The position numbers and the translations under genes are program-made. Source: Chiloscyllium plagiosum (lineage: Eukaryota). From it: a DNA stretch of 64,000 nt. The notes beneath the pieces were generated by a model. It was given only the letters and a program-made list of their open reading frames with translations, ran no database searches and was not told the origin of the DNA. Below, piece by piece: positions 56,201-64,000 of the stretch. Position 1 is the stretch's first letter, and each line of letters starts with the position of its first letter. Where the stretch lies: assembly GCF_004010195.1 (NCBI RefSeq), contig NC_057750.1, positions 18,169,466 to 18,233,465 on the forward strand. Reading direction: 5' to 3'.

Positions 56201-58810
56201 TGTTTCCACTGTGAATATTGATGAAAAATATTCATTTTGCGCTTTCCCTATCTCCTTGGATTCCATGCACAACTTTCCACTACTATCCTTGATTGGCCCT
56301 AAGCTTTCTCTAGTCATTCTTTTATTCCTGACATATCTATCAAAAGCTTTAGGGTTTTTCTTGATCCTATCTGCCAACGACTTCTCATGTCCCCTCCTGG
56401 TTCTTCTTAGTTCTCTCTTTAGGTCTTTCCTGGCTAACATTTATCTCTCTAGTGCATATTATAAAGTGTTAATGTTTTCAAAATGATAAACAATGCTTTG
56501 CTTCTTATCCAAGCAATGTTTCCATGAAAAGGTACAGATAACAAATTGGTTCTGGAAGAGTTTCAAAGAAGTATATGACTTCCAGCAGCAGAAAGGAAAT
56601 CCAATACCTACTTTGACACTGAACAGAAGGTCCTCAGAAGATTCAGGAATCAATGTTCATTCTGTGCTGAAGCAGTTAAGGTACATACTAGCAGAATATT
56701 GGAAAATACAAGTCAGTCAATATCCGTAAAACGTTTTGTTCGTACAACCAACATTGAATTAGATGAAAGATGGATGAATGCATGCAATGAAACCATCTCT
56801 TATTGGGAAGTCCACATGGCCCAGAGAAAATGGTAAGGTAGGACTATAATACCTCTTGTGGACATAACAGGTGTGAAGCTGGAAAAGCACAGCAGGTCAG
56901 ACGACACCCGAGGATCAGAAACATTGACATTTCTGGCCGAAACCCTTCATCAGGGCTGGGGAGGAAGAAGACAGCCCAGAAGTATATTGAGGAAGAGACT
57001 GGGGCTGGGGAAGGATAGGTGAGATGGTGATTGGTAGATGCAGGTAAGGGGTTATTGTGATTGGTCAGTGGAATGGTTGGAGCAGATAGGTGAAGAACAA
57101 GATGGACAGGTTAGGTCAGGTCAGGGAGGTGAGGAGGAAGGGGAGGGCTGGACATGGGATAAGGCTGGGGAAGGAGGGAATTTGAAACTGGTGAAGTCAA
57201 TGTTGAGGCCAGTGGGCTGTAAACTTCCCAAGGAAAATATAAGGTGTTGTTCTTCCTTTGACCTCACTCTTGACAGTGGGAAAGTAGAAGGAGGAATTAA
57301 AATGGATGGCATCCGGAAGTCGGGTTGGAGGACACATACACAGCGCAGATGCTCTGCAAGCTGATCCCTCAGTCTGTGTTTGGTCTCCTCTAGATAAAGG
57401 GGACCACACTGGGAGCAACAGTTGGAATAGATCAGGTTGGATGAAGTGCAGGTGAATCTCTGTTGGATCTGGAAGAATTGTTTAGGGCCTCGGACAGATA
57501 TGAGGGGGTGGTATGGGGCAGGTGTTGCACCTCTTACAGTTACAAGGAAAGGTACCGGATGTGGGGGAGAAGTTGATGGGGAAGGTAGAGTTGATGAGGC
57601 AGTTGCAGAGTGCATAATCCATGCAGATGGCAAACAGGTGTGGGTAAAGAAATATCTTTTTGGTGGTGACGTCTGATTGTGGGTGGCAGAAACGCCGAAG
57701 GATGACGCACTGGATTCAGAAGTTGGTGGGGATGAGAGAGAATGTGAGGACGAAGGGGACTCTATCCTTATTGTTGGGGGGGGGGGGGGGGGGGGGTAGG
57801 GATTTAAGGAGATGGATGAGATGCGGTTAAGGGCATCTTTACTTATTGAGGTGGGGAAACTACAGTCCCTAGAAGGAGGAGAATATCTGGCATGCCCTGG
57901 CGTGGAACGTCTCATCCTAGGAGCAGATATGGCAGCGGCAGAGGAATTGAAGTACAGGACAGCATTTTACAGGAGCGTGGGTGAGAGGAAATGTAGTCAA
58001 AGTAGTTGTAGGAGTCAGTGGGTTTGCAATGGATATCTTCCCACTCACCTACCTGCTCCACCCTTCCCACTCACCAATCACAAACTCCCTACCTGCATCC
58101 ACCTATCACCATTCCGCCTACTCTTCAAGTTGGCACACCCACCCCCCTTATGCACCTCTGGGCTCCCTCCTCCTTCCCAGTCCTGACAATGGCTTTAGGC
58201 CCGAAACATTGACTTGCCTGCCCCTCGGGTGCTGTCTGACCTGTTGTGCTTTTCCAGCTTCATATCTATTGACTTACAGTCCTTACTGTCCCCTAATAAC
58301 CTGCCAACAACCATCAGAGGATCATATAGGAGAAACTGCCACTCCAATGAGGTAATGCAAAGTAGTCAACACTGAAGACCATGCTCTAAAAGATAAGAGC
58401 TTTAGAACAGAAGGGAAAACTGGAGCAAGCAAACAAAAAACAAATTGCAGTAACATGACTAAGAACATGGAGATGGAAAATGGCACCAACATTATTTTAG
58501 CAGTACAATGGATATCTGTACAGATTTACCCTGCAAATAAAACCAGACTGACCATCTGTCACTGACCTTTTAAATTGAATGAACCCTCCATTTGCAATAC
58601 ATTTTCAACAGCCACAATTTTTCTCATTTCTTTTGTGACCCCTCGATTATTCATACTCTCCTGGATTCTTGCTGCACCATCCTTTATAGGAATTATTGTT
58701 TTTAGTTCCTTCTTCGGTTCTTGATCAGACACGGTACTGTGCATATTTTCGGCAGGGTAGAGGGTTTTTTTTTCACATCGTTTCCTAGGCCTTTGACTAT
58801 TACCAACATC
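2187..58810 (-). CDS. MGA: MGA (MAX gene-associated protein)-like gene, partial; multi-exon, 5' (T-box) part lies beyond the window end
   Basis: 11 phase-compatible exons with AG/GT boundaries splice into a 1026-codon open frame containing five MGA-conserved motifs in the MGA order. Orthologue versus paralogue (mga-like) cannot be settled from this window. The 3' boundary depends on the candidate exon at 2187-2285. Confidence 0.85.
2350..2527. mobile_element. Short palindromic Penelope-pLTR-derived element (fold-back)
   Basis: Arms at about 2393-2452 and 2462-2523 are reverse complements; same sequence as the termini of the Neptune-like elements. Confidence 0.75.
3700..4045 (+). mobile_element. 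tRNA-derived SINE, same family as 1330-1645
   Basis: A/B-box-like tggcctaatgg and ggtttgaatcc; shared core; A-rich tail. Confidence 0.7.
4222..5024 (-). CDS. MGA: MGA-like exon K (803 nt, phase 1-0): [13 protein letters not shown]...EAELGVQ
   Basis: Acceptor atttccattacag|GA and donor CAG|gtacgt; long non-repetitive ORF 4213..5013; phase fits exon J. Confidence 0.82.
5829..6720 (-). mobile_element. Penelope-like element (Neptune type) 3' fragment with GIY-YIG remnant and pLTR, inserted into a V-SINE
   Basis: Peptides [10 protein letters not shown] and [23 protein letters not shown]; hammerhead-bearing pLTR; SINE halves at about 5800-5830 and 6730-6915. Confidence 0.85.
5922..5959 (-). ncRNA. 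Minimal type-I hammerhead ribozyme motif (PLE-borne)
   Basis: Minus strand reads cattc-CTGATGA-a-GAG-cttatc-CTC-GAAA-CGTT-gact: core intact and palindromic ACGT stem III retained. Confidence 0.65.
6950..8360 (+). mobile_element. Degenerate Gypsy LTR-retrotransposon pol remnant, integrase C-terminus upstream of RNase H (Gmr1-like order)
   Basis: RGPLKLI / VLLPLQGEP / [10 protein letters not shown] (IN C-terminus) precede [33 protein letters not shown] and ENVIADALS* (RNase H). Confidence 0.75.
7574..7904 (-). mobile_element. Young, full-length HE1-like V-SINE with 5-bp TSD ATGGT
   Basis: A box TGGCACAGTGG, B box GGTTCAATTCC, V-domain TGTGTGGAGTTTGCAC..CTCCCACAGTCCAAAGATGTGC, (TAATC)n tail; ATGGT at 7569-7573 and 7905-7909. 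Confidence 0.9.
8425..9215 (-). mobile_element. CR1 LINE 3' fragment
   Basis: Reverse-strand RT end (KFADDTK region at about 9190-9210) and CR1 3' UTR. Confidence 0.8.
9550..10140 (-). mobile_element. CR1 LINE 3' fragment
   Basis: ORF 9905..10180 [35 protein letters not shown]. Confidence 0.8.
10400..11600 (+). mobile_element. Penelope/Poseidon-type PLE fragment: RT end and GIY-YIG endonuclease, with inverted pLTR copy at the 5' end
   Basis: [22 protein letters not shown] and [32 protein letters not shown]; 10400-10620 is the reverse complement of 11380-11600; degenerate hammerhead in both pLTRs. Confidence 0.9.
11810..12034 (-). CDS. MGA: MGA-like exon J (225 nt, phase 1-1): ...[27 protein letters not shown]...
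   Basis: Acceptor gtctttttgtcag|GT and donor CAG|gtatgg; resembles MGA LQPVRSPSGMNLFRHPNGQIVQL. Confidence 0.87.
12587..14330 (-). mobile_element. CR1 5' half (5' UTR, ORF1 SGNH esterase, start of APE endonuclease), 3'-truncated
   Basis: [31 protein letters not shown] and [19 protein letters not shown]; 5' end matches 41343. Confidence 0.88.
14335..14985 (-). mobile_element. Old CR1 3' fragment
   Basis: [17 protein letters not shown] and [15 protein letters not shown] on the minus strand. Confidence 0.75.
14995..17995 (-). mobile_element. Degenerate CR1-clade LINE (distinct family), EN-RT remnants, with a PLE-derived insert at about 15410-15880
   Basis: [51 protein letters not shown]; same family on the plus strand at 32780-33400 and 53480-54155. 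Confidence 0.8.
15410..15880. mobile_element. Penelope pLTR-derived insert with two inverted hammerhead-like motifs
   Basis: Degenerate CTGATGA..AAAA cores at about 15466-15505 (-) and 15778-15812 (+). Confidence 0.7.
18256..18865 (-). mobile_element. Young CR1 3' fragment nested in an older plus-strand CR1 (about 18050-18990); 6-bp TSD AAGTCA
   Basis: ORFs 18362..18598 and 18619..18912; AAGTCA at 18250-18255 and 18866-18871. Confidence 0.9.
20237..20536 (-). CDS. MGA: MGA-like exon I (300 nt, phase 1-1): [17 protein letters not shown]...[14 protein letters not shown]
   Basis: Acceptor tttttttctgcag|CAG (NAGNAG) and donor CAG|gtaggt; S/T-rich; lies in ORF 20118..20573. Confidence 0.8.
22992..23571. 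repeat. 231-bp inverted repeat (arms 22992-23222 and 23341-23571, 118-nt spacer)
   Basis: Manual comparison found 4 mismatches and no indels. Confidence 0.93.
22992..24060 (+). mobile_element. CR1 3' fragment with 5' inverted duplication
   Basis: 22992-23340 is a minus-strand CR1 piece; 23341-24060 is plus-strand and runs to the 3' end. Confidence 0.88.
24090..24237 (-). CDS. MGA: MGA-like exon H (148 nt, phase 0-1): [17 protein letters not shown]...NPSNRLT
   Basis: Acceptor tctctcctgctttag|GTC and donor CTG|gtgagt; open frame; phases fit both neighbours. Confidence 0.82.
25038..25471 (-). CDS. MGA: MGA-like exon G (434 nt, phase 1-0): ...[25 protein letters not shown]...NLISK
   Basis: Acceptor cttttcccctccttag|AT and donor AAG|gtgaga; matches MGA TKLIEIISDCNWEEDRNKILSILSQ. 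Confidence 0.9.
26650..28140 (+). mobile_element. CR1 RT fragment with a younger CR1 3' fragment nested at about 27016-27515
   Basis: [35 protein letters not shown] direct repeat at 27016-27021 and 27516-27521. Confidence 0.88.
29997..30295. other. Assembly gap (N run) inside a PLE
   Basis: Run of N. Confidence 1.
30541..30580 (+). ncRNA. Minimal type-I hammerhead ribozyme motif
   Basis: cattc-CTGAAGA-a-GGGC-ttat-GCCC-GAAA-TGTC-gatt; stem III palindrome ACGT decayed to ATGT. Confidence 0.65.
31100..31868 (+). mobile_element. LTR-like remnant
   Basis: Ends gatttgatttggct..ttaaCA like 11776; AT-rich with AATAAA; no coding signal. Confidence 0.4.
31870..32520 (-). mobile_element. L2-like LINE 3' remnant
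   Basis: Reverse complement resembles the L2-like 3' end at 48240-48930. Confidence 0.55.
33112..33274. mobile_element. Short palindromic PLE-derived element with about 14-bp TSD, inserted in a LINE fragment (32780-33400)
   Basis: accatccaggacaa (33098-33111) and atcatcccggacaa (33275-33288); internal inverted arms. Confidence 0.8.
33158..33194 (-). ncRNA. Minimal type-I hammerhead ribozyme motif
   Basis: Minus strand reads cattc-CTGATGA-a-GGGC-tttt-GCCC-GAAA-TGTC. Confidence 0.62.
33690..35235 (+). mobile_element. Old CR1 RT-to-3' fragment with a minus-strand V-SINE nested at about 34805-35178
   Basis: [45 protein letters not shown]. Confidence 0.8.
35852..35966 (-). CDS. MGA: MGA-like exon F (115 nt, phase 0-1): [38 protein letters not shown]
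   Basis: Acceptor actttttttccaag| (a second in-frame AG lies 6 nt downstream, exon start 35960) and donor CAG|gtaagg. Open frame; provides the 0-to-1 phase bridge between exons E and G. Confidence 0.75.
36480..36760 (-). mobile_element. Tx1/L1-clade LINE ORF2 C-terminal remnant
   Basis: ORF 36518..36754 [44 protein letters not shown] resembles Tx1 ORF2 ends. Confidence 0.65.
36970..37369 (+). repeat. Composite unit (V-SINE, inverted second tRNA-SINE head, extra tail), copy 1
   Basis: Colinear with 59805-60213. Confidence 0.8.
37877..38328 (-). CDS. MGA: MGA-like exon E (452 nt, phase 1-0): ...[24 protein letters not shown]...APQK
   Basis: Acceptor cctttttattactag|GT and donor AAG|gtgaga; matches MGA KNRSAFCSDKLDEYLENEGK; lies in ORF 37784..38383. 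Confidence 0.92.
39551..39676 (-). CDS. MGA: MGA-like exon D (126 nt, phase 1-1): [26 protein letters not shown]...
   Basis: Acceptor gattttctttcag|AA and donor TAA|gtaaag; near-identical to the MGA motif [22 protein letters not shown]. Confidence 0.92.
   Translation of the reverse strand, partial: KLEFHLSPEQEKQMISPRLRVGRTSLTCSLGHLKTIQVRHL
40645..40770 (-). CDS. MGA: MGA-like exon C (126 nt, phase 1-1): [22 protein letters not shown]...HGIR
   Basis: Acceptor tttcttttatccag|TT and donor GAG|gtaagg; resembles MGA GLKLNSVDPTMSIDLKYLGV. Confidence 0.85.
43543..45838 (-). mobile_element. Younger CR1 (EN-RT-3' UTR) nested in the above; 5-bp TSD GGAAT; contains a gap
   Basis: [55 protein letters not shown] at 43538-43542 and 45839-45843. 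Confidence 0.92.
43965..44207. other. Assembly gap (N run) inside a CR1
   Basis: Run of N. Confidence 1.
47628..47875 (+). repeat. Tandem duplication (about 115-bp unit) of the CR1 3' UTR
   Basis: tggatatatgaataggaaaggtttagagggatatg starts at 47628 and again at 47743. Confidence 0.85.
48240..48930 (+). mobile_element. L2-like LINE 3' remnant with a palindromic PLE-derived insert (about 48275-48465)
   Basis: KLDYSNAL motif (aaacttgattattccaatgccct) and an L2-type 3' region. Confidence 0.6.
50461..50565 (-). CDS. MGA: MGA-like exon B (105 nt, phase 1-1): [35 protein letters not shown]
   Basis: Acceptor ccaaacag|GT and donor AAT|gttagt. The peptide resembles the MGA segment ending VIHPGLQE. 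This frame is not in the ORF track. Confidence 0.8.
50715..51400 (+). mobile_element. Solo LTR-like sequence
   Basis: TG start, TATA-like ctatataatg at about 50975, AATAAA at about 51258, non-coding; boundaries uncertain. Confidence 0.4.
51517..53005 (-). mobile_element. Young CR1 (3' end and RT, with gap) joined to an inverted ORF1 fragment (52590-53005, +)
   Basis: ORF 51594..51965; [23 protein letters not shown]; then plus-strand [22 protein letters not shown]. Confidence 0.85.
52029..52385. other. Assembly gap (N run) inside a CR1
   Basis: Run of N. Confidence 1.
54578..56450 (-). mobile_element. CR1 RT-to-3' fragment
   Basis: ORFs 55432..55743, 55764..56081 and 56177..56440; (ATAGAAC)n tail. 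Confidence 0.9.
56868..58275 (-). mobile_element. Neptune-type PLE with GIY-YIG remnant and inverted terminal pLTRs
   Basis: [44 protein letters not shown]; 56870-56960 is the reverse complement of about 58175-58270; hammerhead-like cores at both ends. Confidence 0.88.
58567..58810 (-). CDS. MGA: MGA-like exon A (244 nt, phase 0-1): [15 protein letters not shown]...EGSFNLK
   Basis: Acceptor ctttgtttccccacag|GAT and donor AAAG|gtcagt; lies in ORF 58559..58888; phase joins the next exon. An alternative in-frame upstream acceptor is possible at 58890. No conserved motif recognised. Confidence 0.65.
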
Positions 58811-59804
58811 CTGTGGGGAAACAAAGTGAGCATTATTCACTGAGCAAGGTGAAACTGCAAGGAATGTTGCACGCTCCATTATGAGCAAGCCTGGAACAGT
58901 GCACAGTCTTTTTCAATTCACAGCACAAATTAACTTTTCTTCACTCCATTAGTAAAATGACCAAATATACTCCTAACCCAAATTGCATTCTGAATCAGAA
59001 GATTCAACAACCAGGCTTATTTAATAAACAAAATTACTGGGTTATTATAAAAATAAGACCAATTTAGCAAAACAGTAAAGCTGATTAACATGACAGTTTG
59101 AAATATGATAGCATAAATATTCATCCTAAGTAACCCAATACACACAATGTTTTTTAAAAAAAGGAAACTTTAGGAAAACAGCGTGTAGCCAAAATAGTTT
59201 TCAATTCCAGGACAATAAAAAGGATAAGATGAGAAACGTTCCAATTTGCTTTCAGTCTGGCATGCTTGTACAAGTAGAAACAAACACTAGACACAAGTAT
59301 TTATCATTCTGAAATTTCTTTTTCTTTAGAAAATCAAGAACAGGTCTTAGCACTCACACAGGATTCACAAATGGTTTCTCAGAAAGATGGCAAAGACTGA
59401 GCTGAGGTCTTAGTTCTTCAAATGCTACACCCCAGTCGAACTTCAAAACAATAACAAATAGCCATGCTCCTGACAACAATAAACTCTGGTATGCGACTTC
59501 GAGAAATCCAAGCAATTAGCTCAAGGCATGTGGATTCCAGTAAATGTCTTGGAAGTGTCCTGCAAAGTCCCTTCATTTGATGTGATTTATTATGGTCACA
59601 TGTATTGAGATACAGTGAAAAGTATTGTTTTGCATGCTAACCAGACAAATCACACCTTACATAAGCACATCAAGGTAACAGAACAGAATGCAGAATATAG
59701 TGAAAGTGCAAAGAAAGATCAATTCTAATATGAGGGGTCTGTTCATAAAAGTCCATTGAACAAATTGGTATATGTTTTCAAACTTTTGAATCTTCTTAGG
59801 GGGA

Positions 59805-60213
59805 GCACAGTGGCTCAACGGTTAGCACTGCTGCCTCACTGCGCCAGAGACCCGGGTTCGATTCCAGGTGATTGTCTGTGCGGAGTTTGCACATTTTCCC
59901 AGTGGCTGCATAGGTTTCCTCCAGGTGCTCCAGGTTCCTCCCAGAATCCAAAGATGTGCAGATTAGGTGAATTGACTCGGCTAAGTTGCCCATAGTATTC
60001 AGGGATGTGTAGGTTAAGTGCATTCTATGTACCTGCTCAGAAATATTACAGCACACCTCTGGAGCAGGTGGAATTTTGATCCAGGACTTCTGTAGCTTGG
60101 AAGAATGGTCTCTACCACTATGCTACATCAGTCCTCCCAACACCCATTCTAGAATGGGTGAATACAGCATCACATCTGTGGCCAAAACATTCCAGCCAAC
60201 ATTTCTAAGACTC
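59805..60213 (+). repeat. Composite SINE unit, copy 2
   Basis: Colinear with 36970-37369. Confidence 0.8.
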
Positions 60214-60234
60214 GTAAGAAAGTGAAGAATCCAG

Positions 60235-61220
60235 CTGCAGAGGAGGGGACCAGAGCTCTAGGTCGCTGTGTTTGGAGATAGTTTCGTTTGAATTACGGTG
60301 TTAAAGGCAAAGCTAAAGTCAATGCTTAGAAATCTGGCATAGGTGTCCTTGTTATCCAGATGTTCCAGTGACAAATGTAGGGCCAGGGAGATGGCTTCTT
60401 CCATGGACCTGCAGTAACGATCGGCAAATTGTAGCGGATCAGGGCAGTTTGGGAGGCTGGATTTGATGTGTGCCATTACTAATGTCTTGAAGGACTTCAT
60501 AATGATGGATGTCAGAGCCACCAAGCAGTAGTCAGTAAGGCTTGTTGCTTGAGTTTCCTTTGGCACCAGGTGGGAACCTCATATCATAGTCAAAGAGAGA
60601 TTAAATATGTCTGCAAATACACCTGATAGCTCGTCCACAAAGGATACGAGTACACAGCTGAGGACTCCACTTGGCTAGTTGCTTTCCATGGGTTTACTCT
60701 CAAGGTGGAGATAGTTAAAACTCATACAACACCAGGTTATAGTCCAACAGGTTGAATTGGAAGCACTAGTTTTCAGAGTGCCGCTCCTTCATCAGGTGAT
60801 TGTGGCATCTCCAAATCAAGGTGGAGATAGTGAGGACTGCAGATGCTGGAGAGTCAGAGTCGATAAAGTGTGGAGCTGGAAAAGGCACAGCAGGTCAGGC
60901 AGCATCCAAGAAGCAAGACAGTTGACATTTTGTGCATGACCCTTCATTAGGACTGGGGAGGGGGAAGGGTGCTGAGAAATAAATTGTGGGGGCTAGCAGA
61001 AAGGTAGTTGGGATGGCAATAGGTAGGCAAAGGTTGGTGGTGGTGGTGATAGGTCAGTAGAAAGGAAGATGGTCAGGTTAAGAGAGCAGTGCCAATTTGG
61101 CTTCACAGCTTGTTACATCTTGTAAGCCTTGCCATAGTCCACATATGTTTGTGTGGTTAGTCTGGGACTCTAGTTTAGTTTGGTATTGTCTCTTGGCATC
61201 CCTGATGGCTTTGTGAAGAT
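60235..61220 (-). mobile_element. Rex1/Babar-clade LINE RT remnant, interrupted by PLE pieces; probable 3' end at about 59575-59790
   Basis: [60 protein letters not shown]. Confidence 0.82.
60764..60798 (-). ncRNA. Hammerhead ribozyme motif of a second PLE family
   Basis: Minus strand reads CAC-CTGATGA-a-GGAG-cggca-CTCT-GAAA-ACTA-GTG; stem I CAC/GTG is perfect, stem III palindrome is broken. Confidence 0.55.
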
Positions 61221-62049
61221 GCTTGGCGTTCCTATTTCTTCTCAAGAAAATAAGTTTGAGAGGTGATTTAACAAAAGGTCTTCAAAATTCTAACCGGCTT
61301 TGTCAAATAGATATAGAATGTCTCCGCTTATGGAGAAGTGTGTAACTAGAGACCATTGATGTAAGCCAGTCCCCAAAACGTCCAACAGGGATTTTGGGAG
61401 AACTATTTTGTAGAGAGTGATGAGAATTTGGAGCTCGCTACTACAGAGGTGACTGAAGTGAATAGGTTAAAATGAATAGCATTGATGCATTTAGGGAGAA
61501 ATTAGTACCATTCAGAATAACTACCCTGTCTTGAAGCCAGTGAGTAGTCAATTCTGCCATTTGTTCCCCTGACTCAACACTCCCTAACATCACTTATTGG
61601 TCTAATGTGTGGTACCTCAGAGGCTTTCCAAAAAACCTTTATGAAAAATAGAAATTAAACATACAATACCATCCTTTATTCTGATACCTGTTCAAAAAAA
61701 TTGGACAATTAAAACTTTTTGTTTTTGAAATCCATGTTGGCTATTGTTAGACTTTACATTTGAACATGTTTATATGTTCTCCCTTTTCGTACCAATTCCA
61801 TTAATTTAGTCTTTAAAAATTTTCTGAACAATTAAGTATTAATGAAGGTGATCAGAGGACTAAAAGACAAATAAAAATGTACACCTACCTGAAGATGATG
61901 ATATTAAGGCAAGTAACTAAGAGGTCTTGTGAGTGCACAAGAGTCGAAGGAATGAATTCATGAGATCAAAGCCCAGAGGGGTAAGGACTAACTCTCTCCC
62001 CCACAAAACCCGCATCTCTTAGTAATTGACACGTCCACCGCACATCCTG

Positions 62050-64000
62050 TTCTGTTGCCTCTCCAAAGCATCCACTTCCTTCTGGTAGTTTGGTGACCAG
62101 AATTGTACGCAATATTCCAAGTGTGGCCTAACTAAAGTTCTAGAAAACTGCAGCATAACTTATCTATCCTTATACACAATGCTCCTTCCAATGAACACAA
62201 GCAAGCCATAGGCCTTTTTTACTACCTTATCTACCTGCGCTGCCACCTTCAGTAATCTGTGGATCTGCACACCCTGATTTCTCAGCATATCAATACTCCT
62301 AAGGGTTCTGTCATTCACTGTATAATTTCCACCTGTACTTGACCTTCCAAAATGTATCACCTCTCATTTGTTCGGATTAAACTCCACCTGCCATTTTTCT
62401 GCCTATGCCTCCAACTGATCCTCCTTACTATCCGCAACGCCATCAATCTTTGTATCGTCTGCAAACTTAATTAGACCAGTCACATTCCTCCAAATCATTT
62501 ATGTAGACCACGAACAGCAGAGTTCCCAGCACTGATCCCTGTGGAACATTATTAGTCAAAACCCTCCATTCTGAAAAGCATCCTTCCACCGCTGCCCCCA
62601 TCTCCTACGACAAAGCCAGTTATGTATCCATCTTGCCAGCTCCCCCTGATGTCATGCAACTCCACCGTTTGTACCAGACTGCCATGCAGGACCTCGTCAA
62701 AGGTTTTACTAAAGCCCATGCAGACATCAATGACTTTTCTCTCAAATCATTTTCATCACCTTCCCAGCACTAAACCATGCTGTCGAAAGCTAATATTGCC
62801 ATTTGCTTCTAAATGCGTATAGATCTTGTTCGTGAGAATCTTTTCCAATAGTTACCCTACTACCGATGAGAGACTCATAGACTTGGAGTATCCCTGCTAC
62901 TCTTCTTAAACAATGGGACAACACTGGCTATTCTCTAGTCCTCTGTGACCGCACCTATGGCAAGAGAATACAAATATGTCTGTCAACACTCGCCTCCCTC
63001 GATATTCTGGGATAGTTCCCATCAGGACCCAACTACCTTCATACTTTTTAAAGCACACAACTCTTCCTTTTCAGTAGCAACGGCTTACAAATTCGACACT
63101 CCCTTCCCGGAGATCATCCTCCACCAATTCCTTCTCTTTGGTGAATATCGTCACAAAGTATTTGTTTAGGACCTCACCTAACTCTTCTGGCTGCACACAT
63201 AGACTCCCTTCTTTGTCAACGAGTGGGCCACCCTTTCCCTAGCTACCCTCTTGCATTTTATTTTTGTAAATAAAGCCTTGGAATTCTCCTCATTCCTGTT
63301 TGAAAGGGACTTTTCGTGACCCCTTTGAGCCCTTCTAATTCCTTCTTTAAGTTCTTTCCTACTTTCCTTATATACTCAAAGCGCTTTGTTAGTTCCCATC
63401 CTCGGAGACCTTATGTACGCTTTCTTCTTCTTTTTATCTAAGGTCATAAAATCCCTAGTCATCCAAGGTTCATGTAGCTTGCCATACCTATCCTTCATTC
63501 TCGCAGGAACATGCCACTCCTGAACTCTTACCAATTGCCGTTTGAAATACACCCACATGTCCAATCAAAATTCTCTAGTTCCTGCCTAATATTGGTGTGG
63601 CTCGCCTTCCTCCAATTTAGCACCATCACCCGAGAATTGCTGCTATCCCAATCCAGGAGTATCTTAAAACTCAAGGTATTATGGTCATTACTCCATCATG
63701 CTCCCCCACTGAAACTTCACTCACCTGGCCGGGCTCATTTCACAAAACCAGGTCCCTTTCCCTTTCCCTGGTTGAACTGTTTACATACTGTGTCAAGAAA
63801 CCTTCCTGAATGGTCCTTACAAATCCTGCCCCATCCAAGCCCCTAGCACAAAGTGAGTCCCAGTCAATACAGGGGAACTTAAAATCACCCAACACAACAA
63901 CCTTGCTGTTTTTACATCTTTCCAAAATCTGTCCACATATTCCCTCCTCAATCTCCTGCTGGCTGTTGGGAAGCCTGTAGCACACTCCCAGCATTGAGAT
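62050..64000 (-). mobile_element. CR1 ORF2 fragment (EN to RT), running off the window
   Basis: LGVCYRLPNS..VVLGDFKFPCIDW and IHFGRSS..QVDKVVKKAYGLL. Confidence 0.88.

Noticed and set aside
56608..56668. Exon-like segment with donor TAG|gtattg
   Set aside because: Stops occur in every frame from the available acceptors, and it is not needed for phase.
57776..57797. Long G runs (also at about 6154-6167 and 6530-6543) as G-quadruplex elements
   Set aside because: They are homopolymer expansions at internal positions of PLE copies, with no independent evidence of function.
61889..61916. Possible further upstream exon with strong donor CAG|gtaggt
   Set aside because: The acceptor is weak or ambiguous, the frame needed to join exon A at 58810 contains a stop, and the peptide shows no homology. 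It fits only the alternative acceptor at 58890, so it is left unassigned.
1..64000. CRISPR arrays, rRNA, prokaryotic operons or intact autonomous transposons
   Set aside because: None seen. The sequence is eukaryotic, and all TE ORFs are fragmented by stops, frameshifts or truncation.

Overview
Vertebrate genomic DNA, almost certainly from a cartilaginous fish (shark), inferred from the HE1/V-SINE, CR1, Neptune/Poseidon Penelope, Rex1, Tx1 and L2 repertoire. The window holds the central and 3' part of one minus-strand, multi-exon gene encoding an MGA (MAX gene-associated)-like protein. I assembled 11 exons by hand with canonical AG/GT sites and matching phases (58810 down to 4222; 3078 nt, 1026 codons). 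They carry MGA hallmark motifs ([76 protein letters not shown]). A candidate stop-containing 12th exon lies at 2187-2285. The T-box would lie upstream of the window. The Cys-rich DUF4801 block expected between two hallmarks is not visible, and no bHLH-LZ exon is seen, which suggests a reduced MGA paralogue. The introns are mostly nested retroelements. Notable structures: about ten Penelope-borne minimal hammerhead ribozyme motifs, a 231-bp near-perfect fold-back in a CR1, a near-full-length CR1 with a nested CR1 and 5-bp TSD, a Gmr1-like (integrase-before-RT) Gypsy remnant, a duplicated composite SINE unit, and near-identical inverted CR1 tails flanking an in-frame exon block. There are three N gaps, all inside repeats. 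All assignments are by-eye recognition, no database searches were run, and repeat boundaries are approximate.
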